Both the position numbers and the translations under genes were made by a program. The notes under the pieces were generated by a model. That model saw only the letters and a program-made list of their open reading frames with translations, was not told the origin of the DNA and did no database searches. Below are positions 1-14,512 of a stretch of 64,000 nt of DNA, piece after piece. The stretch comes from Pelomyxa schiedti. Taxonomy: Eukaryota; Protista; Evosea. The DNA is taken from contig JAHLWZ010000793.1 in assembly GCA_020536535.1 (NCBI GenBank), forward strand, positions 1 through 64,000, read 5' to 3'. Positions within the stretch are counted from its first letter, which is position 1; every line of letters starts with the position of its first letter.

Positions 1-16
1 CCGTACCACCGGTGGG

Positions 17-3000
17 TCACCAAACTGCACCACTCGGGGGGCTGGACGCGGGGCGGCTGGGCGGCGCCGGGCGAGCCGGCGGGTGCGAAGGCGTCGGGGA
101 AGGCGGCGGCGACGCCACGTGCGGTGGGTTCGTGGCGGATGGCGGGGGGAGAGTGTGTAGCGGCGGAAGCTGTGCTGTCCGCGGCGGCGGGATGCGCTGG
201 ACGGGGGGCAGCGCCTGCCCTGGCTGCAGGACCCGGCTGGGTGGCGGGGCCCTGACAATGGGGGACGGCGACGGCGGCCGGGCCGTGGGGCCCGGGATGG
301 CCGCGGGCGGGGCTGATGGAGGGGGAGGAGTCAGCTCGGGTGGGGGGATAGCGTAAGGATCGTCGTAGTAGCTGTCCACGGGAGGCGGCGGGGCCGGGGG
401 TGGCGGGGCATGAGGCAGCCCAATGGATGGCGCGGAAATGGGAGGAGGTATGGATGGTTCTGGGGGTGGTATTTCACTTGCCGGGGATGGTATTGGGGTT
501 TGTGGCTCGGGGGGCGGTATTGGTGCTTCGGGTGTTGGGATTGGTGATGTGGATGGAGGGCTAGGCTCGGGAGCTGGAATTGGAATCTCTGAGACAGATT
601 CTGAAAGTTTGGATGAACTAGGGGCTTGTGTTCCAGGTGGATTTTGTGAAATAACCAGTGATACAACCGGAGAAGCGTGATGCTTAACGACGACCTGATT
701 GGTAAGCCCAGGCACAACAGTTTTTACTGTGGGAGGTGGTGTACCCAGTCCAGCATCCTGAAGAATTTCATCAAACTACCCAAAGGAAAGTTATCTACAT
801 ACAAAAAATAGAGAGGAAAAGAAGGTATTTCTGTGCATATCAGCCTTCTTATACCGCCTTGTTATATCGGACAGAAGGCGCTGCCGAAGGACAAACCTAA
901 ACAGAGTTACCAGAGAGTATTAACTAGGTTTCCATACGGTTTGCAGAAACCCTCATAAAGGACCTGGGCTGCATGATGCCCATTCAGTGCCGTCATCCGG
1001 ACTAGTGCGCCGAGGCACCATTCACTCACGGTGGTTTGGTCAACAAGAGGCCCCACATTGCCAAGCTGTTGTGAAGTTAGACTTAGGTTAGAAGGAAAAA
1101 GGAAACCTTTGGATTGGTAAGGGTTGTGCAGTGGTACAGACCATTTTCAAGAGGGGTAATAATAATCTATGTTGGGATAAGGGATACCAGAATATTTACT
1201 TTAAAATATACTTTTACGTCATGGTACTGAGATTCCAATGTTTTTGGATCGTAATTCCCATCTTCTGTCCATACAACTAACACAAAGTCTTTGCCGATCA
1301 ACCTCTGCAAAATGTTAAACTCCAACTAAAAAGATTGATTTCAGACCTTTTTTGCGCTTATGTTATTCATCCTTGTAGAAACGTGAAATATAATCTCTGA
1401 GTTGAAGGTGGCAAAATATGGCGCTGTAGTGCCTGCCATAGGTAAGTAAATTTGATACCATTTGTTATGGACTACCAGTGGAAAGCTTCCTATCTAACCC
1501 CCCCAAGAACCCAGTATGAGTTGCTACAGATATCTCCCATCCAAGAGACGAAACAAAACGTTGGTAACGCTCAACACTTTTCATTCGCACAGCAGGACTG
1601 GAAGGAGGAGCACTTGAGAGATTCTCTGTACTGTTGGAATATATTTCCTCTTCCATGGATTGACCAGTTTTAGCATAAATGACACCAACTTTAGCGCATT
1701 CTCTCCTGCACTGAAGGTGAGGTCGATTGTGTTAAGAAAAACAAACTCAGGTTGCTGATCCAGTTGCTTTAATGCACTCAGGAATTGAGGTGTATGATCA
1801 AGAGGGATGACCACTTGGGGCACTTGAGAAAACCCCATCTATATACATTAAAGAGTGCCGAAAGCATTTTGATTTACATGTGTTGAGAAAACCCTTCCAG
1901 ATCGGTACTGGGGGTACAAGTACTCACAAGGAGGCGGCATCTCAGGAGGTACGACAATAGAAAGCCTTAGGTTGAATAAACAAAGAAATTTCGGAGACAG
2001 AGTCATGCCCATAGGACCGCCGCTCTAAGGCCGTGGTTTCTTCGGCAATGAAATCACTAAGCGGTAGAGGCTCATCCCTGGAGTTAATCTGTTCCAAGAA
2101 AGTATTCACCTGCTGTGTCACTGTGGCACCAACAACATCAGCCCTAGCACAATATCACAAAATCCCTATTCTAAGTGTTCATACGATTGAATCTTCCAGG
2201 ATGATATTAAGGGTCGGAATCCTTCTACACCAACCACAGGCTCTATGGGAGCACCTACACAAAGTTGGATATTTTTTCTTTACCAGGAAAAAGCTACATG
2301 GAGTGTTCGCTTGTGTAACATATCGAAGGTGGCCCTTCCACACATATTTGCCTGTGCGATCACGCACAATAACGATAGAAACGAGTTCTTTTGTATCTAG
2401 TGAGCACTGCTTATTGATGGAGTGGCGTACCTCCTTTTGATGGCGTAGAAGGTAAGTCTATTACTGACAGAATTATATTGTCATCCATCATATAGTACCG
2501 AATAAGTTGCGGAGCCTCCTATTTAGAAATGCATCTCACAAAACAACATTCTCAATAAGCGAACCTTGGCTGAAACAAGGGTAGGCATTGTTTCACAAAT
2601 TCGTGTCAATAGGAGTTCTTCATTTACTAAGGCGGATATCCTCTCGGCACCAGCAACTATTGAATATAAACGTGCAGGAAGGGTAAGGTTTCATAGACAA
2701 GTACTTGAAGGGAATGCAGCCAACTGGTTACTACACAATAAAAGGGTGGCAATGGCAGCTTCCTGTGAGTAATAAGCACAGTTTAATTCTAGGGACACTC
2801 ACCAAGATAGCAGGAGTTTCCTTCCTCCTGTTAGTCTCTTTACTCTAAATGGAGTAAATTTGGCAAAGGTGTGGAATAGTATATTTTGTACCAATGCAGG
2901 TATGCCGGAAATGGCTATTTTCACAACAGAGGATAGTGATGCAAGGTTCTGAAATACCCACTTCGCATCATCTGCCATCAGCCAATGACAAATTGTGCGA

Positions 3001-5591
3001 TAACAATCAACAACTAGCTGCTCTGGACAATCTTCCTTCTCAAAGCAATTCCGAACAAATACACACAATTGTGATACTACAGTATGGGCGAACTAAAAGA
3101 TCAGGGGAGAATTTTTGAAGATTTCATATACTTGATCATTCTTCTCCAGAAATCGGTACTTGGAAATAAGTTCTGAAACCATATTCAAGGCAAAGCAGCA
3201 TACATCTGGTACCCATTTACTTGTAGTAATCTTTTACACCTTAAGATTGAATGTATTCTTATCTGAGAAAATACCGAGCAAAGAACAAGCTGCATGAATG
3301 ACCAAACGAATAAAGGCGCAGTCTGTGGCCCAGAAAATTGTGTATTATGTGTAACAGAAGGAAGGAACTCGTTGAGGAAAATGATGGAAGAGCTAGGGTG
3401 AATGAGAAAAGATTGATTTCCAAGGGACCTTCACCTCAGTAAAGAAATCAAATTTTGCATATTAACTTCATTGTCCAAAGCAGTGATGAGAATATCGCCA
3501 ATGATCGGCTCAATATCATAGTATGTATTGATATCCAAACCTCCAGACTGCACAATAAGGAAAATGGATAGAAGAAAACAACCACACAGTTGGTTTAGCG
3601 GCGTACTCCGGGAAGGTGGTGGACTGGTATCTACATGGAAGGCATATGATATGGTTGAGAATTGTGATGCACGCTTTGCGCACAGTTTCGACAGGTACTG
3701 AAGTTGCACTCGTAAAGCAATGTGGCGGCTGAATGGATAAGTAATGCTAGAGGAAAAATCTTGTACTTGTTTGAGTATTCTGGAAATGGCTATAAGATAA
3801 TAAGGAACAAGCATTCTGTATCCATTGAATTGATATGTCAGTAACGCCTTTCACCAAGGTGATTCAAGTGGAAATGGGAGAGAAGTTACTTGAGAGTCAA
3901 TCAACGTGGAAACTAGCGCCATGTTCTTGTCATCGATAGTTGTCAATGCCTACCGTGTGTTAAAAATGGTTTACTAAATGCCCTGTTACCAATTTAAGAA
4001 CACATATAAATGCCGCCATATACTTTGGCGAAAACAAGCAGTTTCGACATTGTGTGAAAATTTTGCATAGACCAGAAATTGCAATGGCAACACCTTCTTC
4101 GAACCTTGGAAAAGATGAAACTGGGATATTATTTACATCAAAACTTACGCGACTTTGTTGGTAATCATAGATTCAAATAAAGGACCACCAAATAAATTAA
4201 GTATCGTATTTCCATCAGGGGCTCCATGTTCTTGATTTCTAGTGTGCTCAAGGAAGCTCTGGCGGGGGTCAGAGTTAAAGCTTATGGTGATAATGAAACC
4301 TCAATGCAGTCGCATATTCCACTAATTGCCATTTTATAGTTGCCAGGAGAAGGAATGTTTCCAACATTTCCGAGGGAGTCTATAAACTGTTAAATAAATA
4401 GATCAGTGAAAAATATACATACTCAAAACTCTTTGCCAAGCATAATACACGTAGTCATCACTCATTTCGATTACAGAAGAAGTTGAGGCACTGTAAATGT
4501 GAGCTCAGTTATTGGTTCCAGTTTTTTACTTGGTAGATATTAAGACGGATTTGTTAGTGGAAGATGTATAGAGGCGCTCCAATACACTCACAGTAAGGGC
4601 AACAGAAGTTGCTGTCCACTGGGACACAACCGGAACAAGGTTTGTCCTAAAAGGTAATGAGAAGAAAACAAGACCAAACATATAGTATACCATGTTTTCT
4701 GAAGTTTAAGGAAGTTCCCCCAAAGGTGAATATTTGTTGTACATGAAAGCAGGTAGGCCTCATATAATATTTGCATGAGGCGCTCTGCCAATAGGGGGCT
4801 GCAACTGGCCTCATCATAATTACTTGGACAAAGGAAAGAATCAGTTACACCAAGTATCAGTTTGAGTATGACCTAGGATTGGTGAAGATTCAGCAATGTT
4901 AGACTCACCAAACCTCCCAAGTCTCTGGCTTCAATTGTTGCTTGCATACAATACTAAAAACTTGAAGAACTCTCATACACAAGTTTTTGTGAATCTGAAC
5001 ATCTTCTTTGACTTTAGTCCGGTTATTGAAAAGGAGAGTCATGTGCTTCAAACAAAGCTGCATGAAAGTGAGAGGTGCCAATAGAGAGTGTATTCAGGTA
5101 CAAGGTAAAATGTCTCGAGGTTACTCCGAACCCAGACAGGTAATTTGTCCGGGTTCCCTTGAATCCATCTGGAATACAAGTCAACGCACTGGTTGATAAG
5201 CGGGTGATCAGATAATGGCAAGCGAAATCCTTGACCAAGGCACTCCATAACCCTTTGTTGGCCGTTGATGGAATGGTATATCACAAAAAAAAAAAAAAAA
5301 ACAAATACCAGAAAACGTGTGCCTGAGTAGGCATTAGCATTCCAACCGCTATGCCCTGTTGTTCGATGCCCAAGAAATGCTGAACCACATTTTGGACGAT
5401 GGTTCGTTGAACATTAACAGGCAGTGCCGTGTTCAATATATTTGTGTCTTGGGCATGGGTTTGTTCCAGTTATATTAAATTGGGTTTATTTTGACCAGAA
5501 AAAGGATGGAGGTGTCAAAATGAGCAGGGAAGCAGAGCAGACCTGGGTTGTGCGGCAGCCCGGTGACTTGGGCGATCCAGTCGAGAAACAT
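17..5591 (-). CDS. RALGAPB: Ral GTPase-activating protein beta-subunit-like (N-terminal RalGAPB region, C-terminal Rap/Ran-GAP-like domain, Pro-rich tail); multi-exon
   Basis: The spliced N-terminus MFLDWIAQ...AHVFWVMECLGQGFRLPLSDHPLINQCVDLYSRWI resembles the RalGAPB N-terminal motif (WTMEVICYGLTLP...CVDVYTDW). The C-terminal exons give ECAKVGVIYAKTGQ...YQRFVSSLGWEISVATHTGFLGGLDRK...TTAPYFATFNSEIIFHVSTRM...KRLIGKDFVLVVW, a RapGAP-family pattern. The last exon 17-715 is Pro-rich and ends in TGA at 17-19. Internal exons were not all resolved. Confidence 0.8.
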
Positions 5592-5837
5592 CGGTGTGAT
5601 GTTTGCTGTTCGTTTCTGTCAGATGTTTGTTGTTCTTTTCGACGGCGAAATCGAATTTCACAGAGCTTGAAGAATCCAACGTCGTTGACCCACCGGCAAT
5701 AAAAGGCAACAGGGACCACTGAAGCCAGCAGTCGTCCAATCCCGCACCTCACTTATCGACCGAACACCTCATTGTTTGCTCAGTGGCTTAAGTGGCCCCT
5801 GGGGGCGAAATTTTCTCTGGTTTCTTTTCAAGAAAAC
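5592..5837. promoter_or_regulatory. Putative bidirectional promoter between RalGAPB-like and CWC24
   Basis: Only 246 bp separate the divergent ATGs; inferred from layout, no motif identified. Confidence 0.45.
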
Positions 5838-7397
<1,560 letters not shown>

Positions 7398-7648
7398 TAA
7401 ACTGTGTTACAGTTCCGTTTCGCCACCCAAACGCACAAAGCGAACACATCACGTTAGCTTAAACAGATGCAATCTGCTAATTTTACCGGTGCACTTGCAC
7501 CTGAAGGGGTTATTAATAGGTCCAACTCCAAACCGCAACGCCAGAAAAACCTCTCAAAGAACAACGTTCGAACAACGAAAACAAATAAAAAAAAAAAACC
7601 AAAAACCTACATCATCACCTTTGACACCGGATCTGCGACATAAGTACG

Positions 7649-10272
7649 ATGGCACACCACGCAATGTCGTCAGCAGCCATGCCTACCACCACACCAATAG
7701 TGTTGCCGCCTGGCACGCCCAGTGCGTACAACATCTCGTGCAGGGCGGAGAAAGTGGACGCGAAGGACGGAGCTACGTTGATTGGTGGTTCTTCTGACCC
7801 GTGTGTCGCTTTTACTTATCCGCATCCTCAATGTTGGAAATCGCTTAATGGTGCGCACATAAACAAAGATACGTTAAGATTGTAGACCTGACGGGAAAGC
7901 TGTGTGGAAAGTCAACAGTGGTGATGAAGAACTTGTCTCCAACATTCCCTCCTTTCGAGGTTGATGTTCTTGCTTGTGGCGGGTTGGATGGCAGAATCAA
8001 GGTTGAGGTTTGGGACTGGGACAGGTGGTCTCTTTCTTTTCACTTCGTTTCCTCACTTAACGCAGGGACGGCGGTGACGATTTCATTGGTTCTTTTGCCT
8101 GCACTCTGAGGGAGTTCACAACACAGCTTAATCACCCCCGCCCCCTTATTAACGATGCAAAGAGAGGAAGGTTCTTTATCCCGTATCTACTTGCATTCGT
8201 CTAATGCCGCCTTCCAGATTCCGTTACAATAACAGCGGCATGTTTGTGGTCACAGGAGCGGAGCCAATCATGCAGTCATCTACCAATGCCAAAATTTATT
8301 CTCTCTCACTCAAGGCAACTGGCCTGGCCAAGAAGGATATTGGCTCCTCAGGTGGGTGTTCCTGTTTCCTGTCATTAATTGCTGAGTCTTTTGGCAGATC
8401 CTTACTTCATTATCATGGGTACTCCAAAGATCCCTGCTGCGTTTGCCACTGGGCCTCACGTTGCGGTATTATTCATCCTAAAAGACCTAACCTTAACTGA
8501 ACCCTACAAAGGCACCAATCCCCAAGAAAGTGAAAAAAGATAAAGGAGCTAAAAAGCACGGTGGTGCCAAGAAGTATGGCGGTGTAACAGCAAAGCCTGT
8601 CTTGGTTTACAAAAGCAAGTACATCGAGAGAAACCTGAAGTAAGATATCTTTATCCGAATTTGTAACGTAGATGACCGTTGTGCAGTCCCGTTTTCCCAG
8701 AATTTACTCTTGAGACACGGCTTGCTGGTGGTGTTGATGGCAAGCTCGATATTCACAGTATGCTTGTTTCCTTCTTTTCTAGGATTTACCTGATTAGTGT
8801 ACGACTACGACAATGATGGTACACATGATCTTATTGGATCCACGTCTTGCACCTTGCGGGAGCTGCTTGTGAAGGGAGCTCAGTTCCCCCTCATCGACCC
8901 TGACAGAAAGGGAGGGTGGGTTTTTTGTCCTATTTCTTCTTTATCCGTAACATTGCTCAGAATGGCATACTACAACTCTGGCATTCTTCATGTTGTTGAT
9001 GCCAAGCCATCAACTGCCACACCTGTTGATGACACCACCTATGTGGAGTTCATTCTTGCCATTGAAGGGCAGAAGGTTTCAAAAAGAAATTTTTTTTTAA
9101 ATCTAATTTACTTAGTTGTCCAGTAAAGATACTTTCAGTAAGTCAGATCCCTTCGTCGCCGTGAAAAAACCTGGCGTTGCACAAGCTGTATCTTTCAATT
9201 TCAATGTGTTTTTTTCTCATGGTTTTAGTTGTATACATCAGAGGAGTACATGAACAATCCCAATCCCGTCTTCAAAGAATTCCGGTTTTGTCACCTTTGT
9301 CTTTTAATTTAGCTCATTTTCAAAGGCTTAACACAGCGGCCGTTGGTGGTCTTGATGCTACTTTCAACATTGAGGTTTCAAGAGATGTCCTTATTTTCGT
9401 TACTTAATTTCTATCAGTTCTTTGACTGGGACAGCAACAAGCGACATGACCTCATTGGGAAGGTTGCGGTTACCCTTCGCGAGCTGATGTTCTTCCCAGC
9501 CAATCCACGTTGGCGTGTGGTCAACCCAGAGAAAGAGCATAACATGGGCTATCACAATAGTGGCTTCATGGTTGTCAAAAAAGTTGAGCCAGTAATCGGC
9601 CGGCCCGCCACAACACCGACAATGCCGGGAATGACCCCAGGATACCCAGGAATGCCCGGTTACCCCCCACAGCCTGGGATGCCTGGATATCCTCCGCAAC
9701 CTGGTATGCCTGGTTACCCAGGGTACCCTCCTCAACCCGGAATGCCCATGACCGGTTACCCACCACAACCCGGAATGCCAGGCTACCCACCACAACCTGG
9801 GTACCCACCCCAACCCACCCCAGGCCCAACAACAGTAGCCACAACGCCAGGACAACCTACTCCCGGTCACCCGGCAACACCAGCTCAACCTGGGCAGCCA
9901 GGAACACCGGCAACACCAGGTCAACCCCAAGCATACCCACAAGGCTATCAGCCCTATCCTGGCTATCAAGCCTATCCCGGCTACCAACCATACCCAGGCT
10001 ACCCACCCCAGCAACCCGGCATGCAACCCGGCATGCAACCAGGGCAGCCAGGAGGAGTCACAGCCTCAACTACCACCCCCGGAGCCACGCCAACAGCAAC
10101 CCCCGGTGCCCAGCCCACTGGCTACCCACCCGGATATGGGTATGGCTATGGTTATGGCTACCCACCCCAGCCAGGCTATCCCGGGTACCAACCACAGCCC
10201 GGTTACCCTGGGTACCCACCCCAGCAGCCAGGTCAGCCAGCCCAGCAACCGGGTCAGCCAGGACACCATTAG
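7649..10272 (+). CDS. Protein with three copine-type C2 domains and a Gly/Tyr/Pro/Gln-rich C-terminal tail; no vWA domain
   Basis: Three units each carry SDP(Y/F), (W/Y)D(W/Y)D..D.IG....TLRE and a terminal Y.NSG motif ([13 protein letters not shown]; [13 protein letters not shown]; [13 protein letters not shown]). They are followed by PGYPPQPG repeats up to TAG at 10270-10272. Confidence 0.85.
9630..10268 (+). repeat. Coding low-complexity repeats (PGYPPQPG / PGQP / GYGY)
   Basis: Imperfect tandem peptide repeats visible in ORF 9343..10272. Confidence 0.9.
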
Positions 10273-10351
10273 ACTCCCTTTGTTGTTAATCCAGAAGTAT
10301 TTTTCAAACAATCGAACTCTGTCTTTTTCTGGCCACTGAGTTCTTTGACAC

Positions 10352-11972
10352 TCAGTCTATCTCGATTGGTGCCTGTGCAGTGTTCCCCTTTGAAGGAGAG
10401 GAGAGTGGTGCCTGGGCACGTGTTGTTGGGGCTGTTGAGGTGGATGCGGGAGGGTGATTTTGTGGCTGTGGTGCCCGTGCCTTTCGCTTCTTGCGGCGGT
10501 TTGGGTGGGTCTGGGGCTGTGCAGGGCCAGGGCGTTGCTGAGTGAAGGGGCCAGGACCTGTGCCGAGGGCCAGGAGTGCCGGTGGCGCGGGCAGAAGGGC
10601 CTGGGGGTGGTGCGGTATCAGTGGCTGTGAGGGTGGGTGCTGCGGAGGCGGGTGTATCTGTGCGGGTGGTTGTGTATGTGGCTGCGCATGCTGCTGCGGT
10701 TGCGGTTGTGGTTGTGGTTGTGGTTGCTGTGTATGAGGCTGCGGGTGTTGGTGTTGGGCCGTGGCGGAGGTGCTTGTTGTGCTTGTAGTTGTGGAGGTGC
10801 TGGCGGTGGTTAGTTGTTTTTGTTGCTCCTTTTTGGTGAGTTCTTCTAGTTTGCGGTAGATCGGCAGGTCTTCTTCGGAGTCGTCATAGTTCTCTGGGTG
10901 CTCCGGCTCTTTTACACCTTTGTGGTGAATGGGAAAAGTGCTAACCGTCAATGCGGGGAAAATACTTGTGGTGGTAGAGTAGTCAACGTCGCCATTAGGT
11001 AACAGTTGCACAGTTTCTTCGCTTACACGAGAGAGAATCTCTTGGAACCATGTGTCAATAAAAAGCGTCTACAAGGGAAGATTAATATTTGTGAGACTCT
11101 AGGTAAATGTGCATTACTGAGCATAAGGTGAGGTTGCCACACACTGGACACAACCAGGTCCTTTGTTGGTTACAGAACAACAAAAAAGACGATGCATCCA
11201 TGCACTGCTGATGTTTACAATTTGTCCCTCTCACAGGTACTTTGATGCGGCCGAGACTTAGAGGGCAAGTCAGCCTGAGTTGTGACGAAACTAGTTGAAT
11301 ATCCCCATCCCCGCTGCTGTTGGGTGTAGTGCTGGTTCTATGTGTTTGGCTAATAGGGATATCTTCAATTATCTTTTGATGTTTGTCAGTTAAGAGAAAG
11401 AGCGGACAAATGACATGACTTACCTGGGCCAGCTCGTTCTTTTTTACTAATTGAAATACTATCATAACAGAGTTTGGAACAGTTGGCTCAAAAGAAGGAA
11501 GAGGTGTGCACTTGATGTAGTTGGTCATGTAGAGAACAGAAGAAGTTATATCAGTTGGTGTGAATAGTATTGTGGGTGAAGGGCGATCTTTTTCAGGGGT
11601 TTTCTTTTTCTTGGCTGGGGGGGCTCCCTGTTTAAAATAGGAAATATGTGACAGTACCACAGAAGTAATGAAGCAAGCGCACCCTCTTCAGAATGATATT
11701 TGAAGAATTTATGGTAAGGCTTTGGAGAAACGATGTGGGATCAAGGTCCCGGCCAGGTTGTCTGTTAAATAGTCTCACGTGAACAAAACGCTTCTGTTCA
11801 GATATTTTTTGCCAGTCAGGAAGTTCAATAGTAAATCTCTTTTTTACTTCTCAGTAACAGGCATGGGTGAGTTCTCATTACCTGATTAAGGGCAGCACCT
11901 TTAGTGCATTGAAAAGCGCCTAATTGTTTCACTTCCTTCCAAAAAGGATCTTGCCTGCAAATTTCTTAATAC

Positions 11973-12003
<31 letters not shown>

Positions 12004-14397
12004 TAAGCGTACAGGGATTTGAACTGTGGATTTTGGAATGGAGGAGACTGAAGAAGTGGTTTTGTCTCTATTTTTGACGGAGTTGGCGGCAGAAGAAGTT
12101 GGCTTTCTGTTATACCTGAGGAAGGTGGCAAAGTGTTCGGCATATTTGGATGTGGAGTGTGCACCCCAAGAGTTGGTGTGGGGCTTATTGATATTGGGTG
12201 AATAGGTGGCAAATCTGGGAATACACAATTATGCACAAGTGTTGTTGAGTGAGTGAGGGAGTTGGAGGGGGGCCTGATCTCTGGTGTTGGCGGAAAAACA
12301 GGCGCGACTTGTTGTGAAAAAAATGGAGGAACATGGGCCATTGTATGACTAATAGGAAGTGCAGGAACACCTTGCTGGTTTAAGGGAGTAAGAAATGAAG
12401 GGGGTAATGTTGAGCACATCTGGGGGTATGCAATTGGGAAATGTGGTGCAGTGAATACATAATCTGGAGTTTGCAGCTGTGGTTGTAACCGAGATTGTAC
12501 TTGTTGTAGGGGAAGCGATGACTCTAGAGGGGGTGAAGGGATCTGTGTTTGTGGGTGCTGTTGTCGTTGTGGAAATAGGACAAGTGGGACAGGTTGTGAT
12601 GGTGGAGGCGAGGCAGGCTGTGGAGACTGGAAGGCCGGAAGTGGAAGCGGTTGTGGCGGTTGTAGTGGCGGAGATCCCGATCTTCGGACTAAAATGGGCT
12701 TTTTTGGAGGAGGTGTGGAAACTCGCAGTTGTTGTATTTGAATCTCTTGTAGCTTCTGATGGGGTTGCTGGTAAAAAGAAGTTGCCATGGAGTTTGTGGT
12801 GTTTGGTAGAAGTGAATGATTAGTACACATAGGGAACTGCGATGATGCAGTTGTTATGGGTGGGTGGTCGACTCCTTTTTCAAAAATAACTCGAGAAATC
12901 TGACTAATTAAATCTGTTCTGGCTTTTGGTGATGATAAAGAAACGTCAGCAGTGGAACAGATGTTTGTAAGGCAATTTACATGATGGAACACTACAGGGT
13001 AACACCCCAGATTGTTTTTTAGATATATAGCGAAACAAAATCTCCAGCTCTGGTGTAGTGTAAGAGTGTAGAAAACTTCGGAGCTGTGCACCTGATTGTG
13101 ACAACCCAAATAACTGATTTTTTGTTATATGTCCCCCCTAAACAATTGTGAGAGAGGACAAGCATGAGGAGTAGTACCTTTTTAAAAGCTGGTAGATGAA
13201 AATGTAAAGAAAGATGGGCCCAGTCATCAGAATCTAGAATATGATTCACCTGCTTTTAGTTGTGGGTTCTCAAGTTGAGAGCCAAGAAATTTTTAGTACC
13301 TTCTTATCTTTTTTTTTGGCTCTTCTGTTTAAGGGTCTTGTGGCAGCTTGGTGAGTAATGGAACCACTTGGAGACAAAGATTGGGTGATAGTTTGGGCAG
13401 GAGCACCTCGGCTTGTTTCGTCAATACGGAAATGTGGCTGAGCATTGTGGCACTGGGTACAGAAAACTTTTTGTGAGGGAAAAAAGTTGAACATGCTTAG
13501 AGTTGCAAAAGAGCCGCGTTTATTGGGAAAAGTGATTCAGTTTTATGTAAGCACCTCTTGAGTACCGTGGGCAATCGTGGCGACTTGTGCCTTTGGGAGC
13601 TCCTGGAGACTCAACTGTACAGAAGGGCCATTCACATTACCGTTGACCGAGGGAATTGAAGTGTCAGTGATGTGCGTTGCCAGCACAGACTGTTGCAACG
13701 ACGGCGGAGTGCGCGACTCTTGTTCTATAGGGAGAGGTGGGGTAACACTTGGTTCCCGCACATCGCCATTATGGGTTGCACCATTGCACAGAGCGCACGA
13801 GGCAGCAGTGGCGGAATCCCCGTGCACGTGGTCCGGCAAAGGCGGGGTGGGTATGAATGTCTGGGTGCTGGGGAGCGTGGGCGGCACCAAATGCAGCACG
13901 CTCTCCACCGAGTCGGACAAGTCCGGGGTCAGCGACGCCGGCGGCGGGGTCACGGGCCTGCTGCACGGCGGGGACCTCGACGGCGACGTGGCAGTGCCGA
14001 TCCGCCTGCGCCTGGACGGCGGCGGCGACGCGTCCCCCGGCTCCGCCGCCATCGCGTCCCCGCCCTCCTCCGTGCCCCCCACCTCTGCCTCCTTCATTGT
14101 CCCCTTCTGCGTCTCATTGTCCTTCTCCTTCTCCTTCTCCTTCTCATTCTCCTTGCACTTGTCCTTGTCCTTTTCCTGTCCGTTGTTACTCGGCTGCCCA
14201 GTCACTACTTCCATCTCGCCCTCTTTCTTCTTGGACCCCTGCGAGTCTCCGTTGTCCCCCTGCCCGTCCACGGCCCCTGCTGCGCTGGACGACGCGGGCG
14301 CCGCGCTCCCTGTTGCGTTGTCCGTTCTCGCCACTGCACCTTCCAATGTAGTTTCGCCACCCCCCGCCGACGGCGGCTCCGCCGCGGCCGACGACAT
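10352..14397 (-). CDS. SP-RING (MIZ) zinc-finger protein, SIZ/PIAS-type SUMO E3 ligase-like, with long low-complexity regions
   Basis: SP-RING consensus LTCPLSLGRIKVPVRGTNCKHQQCMDASSFLLFCNQQRTWLCPVC at about 11.1-11.3 kb. An upstream DPFWKEV motif resembles the region preceding PINIT in plant SIZ1. The 5' exon 13543-14397 can be joined in frame by a phase-1 GT-AG intron; the start is uncertain. Confidence 0.75.
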
Positions 14398-14512
14398 CAC
14401 CGGTGAGGCAAACGACAAGTAATTCCCCACTTTCTTTTTTTGATGGATTGATTATTTTAATCTGATAGCAACTGCAGTATTGGAGATACAACTCACTCAA
14501 GCTGGTGAGAAT

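Noticed and set aside
12-680. + strand Gly-rich ORFs (12..356, 423..680) and similar shadow ORFs in other GC-rich blocks
   Set aside because: They are antisense or alternative-frame shadows of Pro-rich or low-complexity exons; GC-rich sequence simply lacks stop codons.
5300-5330. Apparent GC-AG intron in RalGAPB (CAG|gcacac)
   Set aside because: The frame is kept by a normal GT donor 14 nt further on, giving AHVFWVME, which matches the family.
11901-13109. Poly-Phe (FFFFFFFF) in ORF translations here and at 53945 and 63890
   Set aside because: These are poly(T) tracts inside introns, not coding sequence.
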